This document shows, in pieces, positions 54,774-64,000 of a stretch of 64,000 bases of DNA. Positions within the stretch are counted from its first letter, which is position 1; each line of letters opens with the position of its first letter. The DNA comes from Felis catus (taxonomy: Eukaryota). The translations under genes and the position numbers were made by a program. The notes under the pieces were generated by a model. The model did not search any database and was not told the DNA's origin. It saw only the letters and a program-made list of their open reading frames with translations. Location: assembly GCF_018350175.1 (NCBI RefSeq), contig NC_058368.1:17920001-17984000 (forward strand), in the 5' to 3' direction.

Positions 54774-55774
54774 TATAAGAGGAGAAAAAGAAGCTGCCAA
54801 AGCATTTTTCCTGAGCCAAGTGAAACACAAACAGCAAATCAAGTTTATTCTTCAAGAAAAAAAAAAAAATTAAATACCCCTGGCATTAACTCTACCTTTG
54901 AAATCTGTAGTATCAAAAAGTTTTCAAATTCAGGACTTCTATCTCAACTTTCAACAACTTTCTCATCGTTTTACGGTATTACTATATGAATATCTGTATG
55001 TATCACGCGTAAGACTTCCGCTTGATGTTGAGAACTGAAGCACTAAAGGAAAAAACAGCTAAGCCTCCCAAACTGCCTCCCAGGGCAGAAGGAGATGCAG
55101 AACTGGGGGGGGGGGGGGGGGGGAGACAGATGAGAACAAAGTTACCTCCAGTAGGGGAATAAAGAACTGCAAACAACTCTGTCATTTGCTTCAAAACGCA
55201 AACCTTGTTTGCCCCCTTGCATTTTTAGCTTGAGAACTTTCTCTTTCAAAATGTGACTTCAAAGTGTAAATTCAAACAACTTGCAATAATCTGTCGGGGT
55301 TTCTCCAACATGCAGATTCTATCTCAGAACTACCCATTTAATTTTTTTTCCTTCTTCTTCTGGATTCTTCACAAAAGATTGTAAGAAAGCACCAAATGGG
55401 AAAGTAACAAGACTTTTACTTTGTAATGAAGTTACAAATAGTTTCTATACGTTTTCCTGGCTTCCTATTTCCCTTCATTCTGTACTATCTACAGGTTGTC
55501 ATATTTTACCAGGACGGACTATAAATCAGACAAGTTCAGCCCGTCAGTTTGAAGAATGGAGGTGAAAAGCGCAGTGGAAAATATATAAAGTATAATTAAA
55601 ACCATATGACCAGAAATATTGAAGTAATACTTGCTGGAGGAAACCCAAGTAAAAATCAAACCTTTTTCTGGTGTTAGTGAGACTATGCAGTCCATTTTGG
55701 ACAAGCAAACAGTATTTGCTATTTTTTTTTTTTCTTCACAGCAAGAGCATCCCACGAAGTTAAATCCTGTGAGA

Positions 55775-56011
55775 TAATTAAGCCCATAGCTGTATCCGTA
55801 GCATAGTGGAATCCAGAGTTGTTCATGTTAAACTGATCTCTCGTGTAAAGCAGTAATCATTTATTTAGAAATACAGTTTAAGATTGAGCAAGGGTCAGTT
55901 TTACACCCACCAAAGAGTATTGAAGGCTCATGACAACAATGCTGAATCAAAAACTTTTCTACTTTTCTATGAAGTCTTCATCTCTAAAGACCTGAAGATG
56001 CCAGTAAGACA
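55775..56011 (+). repeat. 237-bp direct duplication, copy 2
   Basis: Ungapped match to 54537-54773, offset 1238 bp. Confidence 0.95.
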
Positions 56012-56361
56012 CAGAGAATCTAATTGTTGACTGTTGAACAAGAAAAGCAGGAAGTTATGAAACCTGAACGGTCTCCCCTACTACATTATAAACAATCCCG
56101 ATGTTACTGCCTCATATAGGTTGTACTTAGTGGGCCAATGATGTATATATGTCTAAGGATGTACAGAAATTCAGACCTCTCAAAGGTGGAAAGCAATTCC
56201 AATAAAAATCTTTGACTTCGGCAGTCTATCACCAAAGCCATCCCACGCCTATTTCTCCAGAGCATTCCATGTGCCAATTATCAGGACTTCAGCAGACAAC
56301 TGCAGCACGATTTTCAATATTGCTTTGGGATTCCTGGAAATGAGTCAAATTTAACAAGTCA

Positions 56362-56935
<574 letters not shown>

Positions 56936-58019
56936 CTGGCAAAACAATAAGAAACATTGAAAGTTAAATGTTTTCAGGGAAGTGATAACACCAGCTCAGT
57001 TGGTCTACAACCCTTAGTTAATAAACATTCAAACGTGGCTCAACACTGCAAAAAGTGGGAAGAACTGATTCTCTCTATAAACGCTTCTAAAATTCAAGTT
57101 TTGTCAAACTAGCTCAAAGCTTTTTCGTGTCTTTATCTCCTATAAATGCTCCCAAATTAACTCTGACAGCTATTTACTTAAAGAAATCCATAGGCTTCTA
57201 TTTGCCAAGCCAGTGAATTCATTTCACATACTCGCAGTAAAAGTAATGTAGCATTTTTACTGGCAGTAAACATAATTCCAAATATTAAAATAAAGTGAAC
57301 CGTACCATGGTTTGTTTATCTGGCTTGCAAGTTCATGCTTATAATTTGGAGCAACTTTTCCGTGTCCCTTTAGGTGCATTAACTCTGCATGAGCCCGAAC
57401 AAAATTATTAGGATAATTTTCACAATTGCAGAGTACTATAAACTCAACAAATATTACAGACTGTCTAGGCACACAGACTGGATGCAACTATTAGGCACGC
57501 CCTGTACTCAGTCCGTAGTATTTGTGAATCCCTTCAGTCTTAACCACCTTCTTTCTCCTAGTGTAAATGAAAGAAAGCCTGTGTGTGACTTCCTTCTGAT
57601 TCACTGGTTCCGACACAACGGCTGGGACCGTCTCTCCCACTGAATGATTGTCACTGTCTAATCTGAAAAGTAATCCATACTTCCCAGTCTTCTACATGGA
57701 ACCCCAGCCATTCAAAGAGTTCCACGCGCATTGACTTTCCACCCCTCCCTTCCTTTCAAAAGGAGTTCTTGAACGGTTTCCCACACTTTCCATAAAGAAG
57801 GGAATACAGAAGCACAGAGCCCATGCGCCCGCCCTACAGTTCCATTCCCAGAACCCTTAACTCCAGCCTTCAGGGTCCACAGCAAATCCCCTCTCCCTCA
57901 CCTCTCCCCTTCCGCCAGCCCCCACCCCTACCGCTTCCTCTCCACACGCCACCCCATTTCCAGTCGTGTGTCACTCCCGGGGAACTTCAACTACTTTTTT
58001 TTTTGTTAATCTTGTCAAT

Positions 58020-59080
58020 TGCGGTCAACGTCAGCGTCAGCGGCTGAACTTGGTCTGCCCGGGCCCTGAGGCTGGGGGCGACGAGTGTGGGGGGGGCTGC
58101 CTGGGGGCAGGAGGGCCCTCTTCTGGAGCTGAGGCGAGGCGCCCCGAGGGGAGGCCAAGACGAGCCCACAGGCGGCCCCCTGCAGTGGCCTCACCCACCC
58201 CAGCCTGGACGACACCCGATGACCCCCGAGCCCCGAAGGAGGAGAGGGGCATCTTGCAGCCGGCCCGCGCCAAGGGAGGGGAAAAGCACGGGCAGGCAGC
58301 ACCCCCCGGAGGCGGCCGCCGACAGCGGACGCCGACCGCGCCGCGGGGCTCAGGAAGTCCGGCGCCCGGAGCAGCCCGACTCCGGCGGCCGGGGACGAAG
58401 GGGCGCGGGGAGAGAGCGGAGCCCGCGGCGCCGGGCGGCCGGCGCTCCCTACTCACACGGCGGGCGGACGGCGGGCGGCGGCCGGGGCGCGCGCACAACT
58501 TGCTGTCTTCCGCGGGCGGAACATCCACGGCACAGAAGAGCGTCCTCCCTCCCCGCCGCGGTCCCCGGCAGCCGCAGCCACCCCGGGCCCGCCTCGGGGC
58601 GGAGAGCGGCGTCCGGCCGGAGGCGGAGGGTCTCCCGAAGGCAGGGCTGCGCCGCCGGCCGCGGAGCCCCCCCTGCTGCCCGCGCTCTCCGGCGGCGGCT
58701 GGGGCGGTGCGCGGTGGCCACGCGCGGGGAGCCCGTGCTCGCACGCAGAGGAACAGGGCTCCCTTTGGCAGGCGAGGCACGCACCGCCTCCTCCCCTCGG
58801 CGGCCCGGCCCTCCTCTTTCTCCTGTCCCCTCCCCTCGCGCCCGGAGACCCACGGCCGGCGGAACGCGGACGCGGCGCTGCCGGCGGGGAACTCGCGAGA
58901 CCCCGCCCGCCCCGGGGGCCACTCCCGCGCCTCCCCCCCAGCCCGCGCCCACCTCCCCCCCGCCCTCCCCTCGTGGCGACTCCTGCAAATGGGGAGGGCG
59001 TGGAGGCACACAGACCGAGGAGTAGGGGACAAAGTTGCTGGTTTTCTCGGTGCTCCGGAGGCGCCACGGAAGACCAGACA
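58020..59080. promoter_or_regulatory. CpG island / LHFPL6 promoter
   Basis: Abrupt, very GC- and CpG-dense block with several GC boxes (ccgccc/gggcgg) against an AT-rich, CpG-poor background, at the 5' end of the gene. Confidence 0.92.
58457..58800 (-). other. LHFPL6: Probable non-coding exon 1 of LHFPL6 (5' limit/TSS approximate)
   Basis: Minus-strand donor CCGT|GTGAGT (plus-strand actcac at 58451-58456) inside the CpG island, about 1.5 kb upstream of exon 2. The TSS cannot be placed from sequence alone. Confidence 0.6.
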
Positions 59081-59950
59081 CGTTCCCTGGTTGCCTTTGG
59101 GGATTGAGGTTTAAACTCCCGTTTCCTGCCGGAGGTGGAGAAGGAGGGCCTTAAAACTGGGTAAAGGGGCCCTTTGGAGCTTTGAGGAGACTCTTGGGAT
59201 GTGGTCACTTTGGAAAGGGTGAACAAGGCCAGTGTGGACGCGAGCCTGAGACATAAGAGCGGGAAGCGCAAGGCTGGGGGATTCTGCCTGGCAAAGAGTC
59301 TTTCCAGACAAGCCAGGGAGTAGGCGCGGCGGGGCGGGGCGGGGGTGGGGGGTGGGGAAGGGGGCGACTTCCAGCGCTCCCCGAGAAACCTTCTTTGGGA
59401 GCCTCCTTCAAGGCATTGTATTCTCTCTGGCTCGCTCTCCCTCCCTTCTCCCCCTCCTTCCCTTCCCTTCCCTTCCATCTCTCCATCCAATCGTTCTTAT
59501 GATCAATACCACCATCAGATTTCTTGTTATGCTTGTCATCGGCATTTACCCCTTTGGAAGTTTAGAGCTACATTCAGTAGAGGACTGTGGGAGCCTCTGC
59601 GGAAGACAGTATTTTAAGAATCCCGCCATCTGGGAATAGCAGTGTTGGAAGCAGATACTTCCCCAGATACAGTCTGTGAAGTGCTTTTTCAAAGTAGTTG
59701 AAAGTTACAAATGGGTAGGTATGTATAATATTTCATAGTAAATTTTCAAACTGCATCATTTTAGTTAGCCATAATGGTGTACATTTTCCCCACAACCACA
59801 GCTGGAGATATGTGCTCTCTCATTATCATATTGAAAGGATTTGGGTAACTGGTTCCAACCTTTTTGAGGTCATAACAGGACTTTTTCAGAATATGGTGAG
59901 ACTGATAAGCCTTTCAGGAAAAAAAAAAATACACGTATTAAACTTTATCT

Positions 59951-60196
59951 CAGTGGTTCTCAAGGGGGAGAAGGGAGATTACCACCCCCCCCCCCCCACA
60001 CACACACACACCCCAGGGACACTTGGCAAGCTCTGGAGATGTTTGGATTATCAGGAGGAGAGAGGCGCTACGGGCCATCTAGTGGGTAGAGGCCAGGGAT
60101 GCTGCTAAACCCTACAAAGCACAGGTCAGCCCTTCAGAATTACCTGGCCCAAAACATGAATAAATAGTGCTGAGGTTAAAAAAAAAAAAAAACCTG
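59951..60196. mobile_element. MER20 hAT-Charlie DNA transposon relic
   Basis: cagtggttctcaa...ggacacttggcaa..tctggaga...catctagtgggtagaggccagggatgctgctaaac...aatagtgctgaggtt matches the recalled MER20 consensus. Confidence 0.85.
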
Positions 60197-61994
60197 TTTC
60201 AGTGAAATGTCAGGTAATTCCCTGTTCCCCTGTGGTCCATGCATGAAGCCCAGATTCAGAACCCTGATTCAAGTGATTTGAATGGTCTCAAACAAATCAC
60301 TGGTGACTGAGCTCCGCGATGGCCCAAATGATGGGTTTGGCTTCCAGTTACGCCCTTGGCTATTACCCATAGACTTCAGATCTATAGAATGTAAAGGCAA
60401 AAGATAGAACTGTATAAAGATCAAATTATAGTCACAAGATTTGGACTCACCCTCCACACAACCTACTGGGGAAATTGGTCCAGGACATTTCTGAAGCCTG
60501 GAGGAGTTTTAAGCACTGAGATGGATGGCTGGGATTACATTCTTGCTGTGTCAATCACGACACTAACTTTTCTTAGTAGATTTCTTTAGTCCTCAAAAAA
60601 AGCAGAAAAAAAAAAAACTATGAAGAAGGTGTAGCTATTATTTTACAGAGAGGTCAAGAACTTTGCTCAAGACCTTGCAGCGAAAAGGTGGGCTTTAAAG
60701 TATCTCATTATCTGCATTCTATTAAATAGATTACAGTGCTATTGAAAAGAGTCTGCCCAAAAGGAAAAAGAAGATAGAGGAAGAGGTGGAATCTTTAAAA
60801 ACTCTATTAGGATGTAATATCAATTATTTGTGGAAGTATAGTATGTCATATACTAGGACTCAAAGTTCTAACTTAGATGAATGAATCTGGACAAATGGTA
60901 ACCTTTCTGAGCCTGAGTTCTCTCATTTGTGAAAAGACATTGTAATAGATGGTTTCTAACATTCTTCTAACTCATGACTTCTAGCATCATGATTATAGAA
61001 GTATTCATGTATTTGAGAAGATCCTAGGAGTCACCTAATTTTGTTCAAGTACTTTTTACAGATGAGGAAGCAGAGGCTCAGCATCCTTCCGGTGTGTTAC
61101 CAAAAGCTGAGGCTAGAACCCATGTATCCTGATTTCTCTTCTCATCCCACTGTGTAATTATCTTCCCAAACTATAAAATCTTCCAAATCACTCCTTGGGT
61201 TCTTGTATATATACTTTATAGGCAAAATGCATTATAATATCTTTAAAACCCTTGTATTAAATTTGCACCTTCAAAGGATCTTTAAGTTACTTCCCAGCCA
61301 GAAGTTCCCACATAGCAGATACTGCTTGGACCTCTGATTCCAGGTTTGAGTTTCTAGTATGTTTGGACTGTAGTCCCATCGAGTCATAAGATGAAATCAT
61401 GAATATAAAAAGCATGTAGAAAGCTGTAAAGCATCCATGACAACGCACTTGGTTCACTACCCGGGATTAATTCCCAACTCCTTCTTGTTCACTAGGTAAG
61501 CACCTCCCTTCCAGCCGCCCTTAAACCTGGCGGTGACTGACCCTTCTACCCAGTAAGTCTGCTGAGGAGGCCTCCAGGGAAGATTGTGTCCTCTGATAGA
61601 AGAGAATGGCTGTCTTGGACACATTCTTGAAGGATGAGATGTTCGGAGCTGTAGCAGCCTTCTTACAACAATGAGGGGAATCACAGAGACATCATCCTTT
61701 TGAATTACACCTCCTTTTGAATATTTTAAGAGTAAATTACAGGTTCTTAATATGGTGTAAATCACTGTTGCTCGAATCTTCCTTTAGTAGCTAAAAGCAT
61801 TCCTAATCGATCAAGCACTGTGTAGATAAGACATACGCTCAATGACAGGAAACACAGCATTGTATCCCAGCGCTCGGCAGTTAAAGATAAATACTCAATA
61901 ACTGAACATTAACTGAGGCAATTAGTGAACTCATCAATATCGTTGTGATTATTATCCTTGTTCCAGTGCAGCCTACAGAGTGCATATCTGATTT

Positions 61995-62202
61995 CTTTTT
62001 TTTAAAATTTTTTAGTGTTTTTATTTGTTTTTGAGAAAGAGAGAGAGAGAGAGAGAGCACAAGGAGGGAGGGGCAGAGAGAGAGGGAGACAGGCTCCAGG
62101 CTCTGAGCTGTCAGCACAGACTGGGGCTCGAACTCATGAACCGGGAGATCACGAGCTAAGCTGAAGTTGGATGCTTAACCAACTGAGCCACCCAGGCGCC
62201 CC
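61995..62202 (-). mobile_element. CanSINE
   Basis: Reverse-complement SINE; TSD gcatat(c/t)tgattt at 61982-61994 and 62203-62215. Confidence 0.92.
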
Positions 62203-62359
62203 GCATATTTGATTTTTAAACTAACAGGGTGTGCTATGTAAAATTAGGGGAAGAGTGTGATCATGGAACATAGGAAACAGCATGCGCTCAATCACCTCTG
62301 ACCATTGGGGAGAGGTTGGAAAGGGACTTCTTCCACGTTTGTTATAAAAACCACAGTGT

Positions 62360-62780
62360 GGCTGACACAATGTCCATTTCCATCCCCTGTTCTTTTATAT
62401 CTTTCTCTTCACTACAAGCAGCTAAAATCGCCATTCCCTGGCCTCAACTGGAAGCTTGAGTGGTCACGTGACAGTGCTGGCCAATGAGATGAGAGAGGGG
62501 ACGTACAGGCGCCCTCGTGTCCGCTTGCTGTTTCTCCCAGCCTAGAAAACTTATGGGATGGCACTGGAATCACAGAAGCCGTTCTTCGGCCAGGAAGTGA
62601 CATGCACGATGACAAAAGCCAACACACTAAGAACAGTAGAGTAAAATGGCACCAAGAGTCTAGATCCGAGGTGTTTTCACTAAGCTGCTGTGTTATCCTC
62701 AGACATCTTCTGGGTGAGACCAAAAAGCCCCAGCTGTTTAAGTCCCTGTTACTGGCAAGGGCTACATGCCCGCTAGACTA
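62360..62780 (+). mobile_element. Degenerate MLT1-type LTR
   Basis: cagctaaaa...ggtcacgtgac..tggccaatgagatg...gtttaagtccctgtt resemble old MLT1 LTRs. Confidence 0.45.
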
Positions 62781-64000
62781 TTGAAACTACCTGCTCTCTT
62801 GCAGCACCCCGGGGGCCAGCACCCCGGGAAAGCGGATTAGACACAAAGCGAGGAGGCACTAAGCAGAGCAGAGAGGACAGAATAGCACCAGGGGAGAATT
62901 CTTTCTCTAGCAAAGGGTGGCTACCGGGGACATTCATCGTCTATAGCGTGCATTGGCGAAGGTGGATGGACCCTTCTTAAAATCTGGCAAGAGAAACAGG
63001 AACCGCCGCGAAAATAGCTTACAAAATACCACCCCCCCCCTTAAAGTCGTAACTTTGAGGAATTAAAAAAGACAAATTCTCAGCATTATAAAATGACTGC
63101 CACAAGAAACGTGTCTGAACACGGGCCAGCAAGAATGAGATGCAGGAAGGCAGGAGGTGTGAAGGAGAAGCAGCGGATAATAATGCAAGTGAGGCTCCAA
63201 ACAGAGCCCGGAGAAGAGGGACTTTTCTTTTAACTGCTCCTGGCCTAGAGCTTATCAGTTCTCCATCAGAATAGATCATTTGCTCCTCCACACATGCAGT
63301 GAAAATACCTTACGAGATGCAGGACTCATGAGTTCTCAGGACACAGGGTGTAAAACGGATCATTGGAGACCGGGGTAGTTCGTCCTCTTGGCCATTTCCT
63401 TCCTTTGTTCATTCCTGAGCTACCCTTTCCCTTCGGGAATCTCTTCTAAAGACAAATTTACGTGGGTGTTGCTTCCGTATTTTACTGCATTGTGTGCATC
63501 TTATAATGAGGGAAAAAAAATCTCACAGGACCGGTGAGCTCCCGGGTTTTCTGGTCTCCATTTCAAGTAGTCTCTGAGTGAGATCATGTGTTGCTTTTGG
63601 AATGCCCTTTCTCTGGCGAACTTGTTTATGCATACATTTACCATAGCTGCCCTAAGCTCCTACTCTAGGACGGGTGCCCATTTCATTTTCTATGAGCTTT
63701 CTGTCATGCGTTTGATAGACTCAAGGCCCCCTTCTCCCTGTAGAAACTGTGTATGCGCAGTTACGTTACAATTTCTGAATACGGTGATTTGTGTGACTCT
63801 ATTCCCCAGAAACTCTCGTGGAAATAAGGTGCATAGAGCCCATGGCCTGTTCCCAGGGGTGCTGTCTGCATTATTCATTGAAAGTTTGCAAACCACTTTG
63901 GCAATGTAAAGTGCCCTATCATTTCTCCGTATTATTCTTTCATGAATTAAAGCAGCATACAAATTTTAAATCAATAACTTATTCATAAGAGGCAAAAAAA

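Noticed and set aside
57966..59490. Long overlapping ORFs (382, 331, 312, 210 and 345 aa) on both strands
   Set aside because: They coincide with the CpG island, where stop codons are depleted; the translations are low-complexity G/R/P/A-rich with no recognisable domain.

Overview
Mammalian genomic DNA, almost certainly a felid (cat family), judged from the many tRNA-derived carnivore SINEs including five near-identical young Felis-type copies and a carnivore L1 3' end. The window holds the 5' end of LHFPL6 (LHFP) on the minus strand: a CpG-island promoter with a probable non-coding exon 1 (donor near 58457), exon 2 (56935-56367, carrying the first 385 coding nt), and about 56 kb of the large downstream intron (1-56366). 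About 5 kb of upstream sequence follows the island. The rest is ordinary repeat-rich intron: about 24 SINEs, L1/L2/L3 fragments, MER DNA-transposon relics, MLT LTRs and microsatellites. I found no evidence for a novel multi-gene system; almost all other ORFs in the track are repeat- or GC-driven artefacts. The best leads are a three-uORF arrangement in the LHFPL6 leader, a non-TE 237-bp direct duplication in which one substitution gives a sense-strand AATAAA, a CTCF-core match in an upstream MER20, nested insertions with target-site duplications (TSDs), and inverted SINE clusters. Repeat subfamily names come from recalled consensus sequences and need RepeatMasker/Dfam confirmation.
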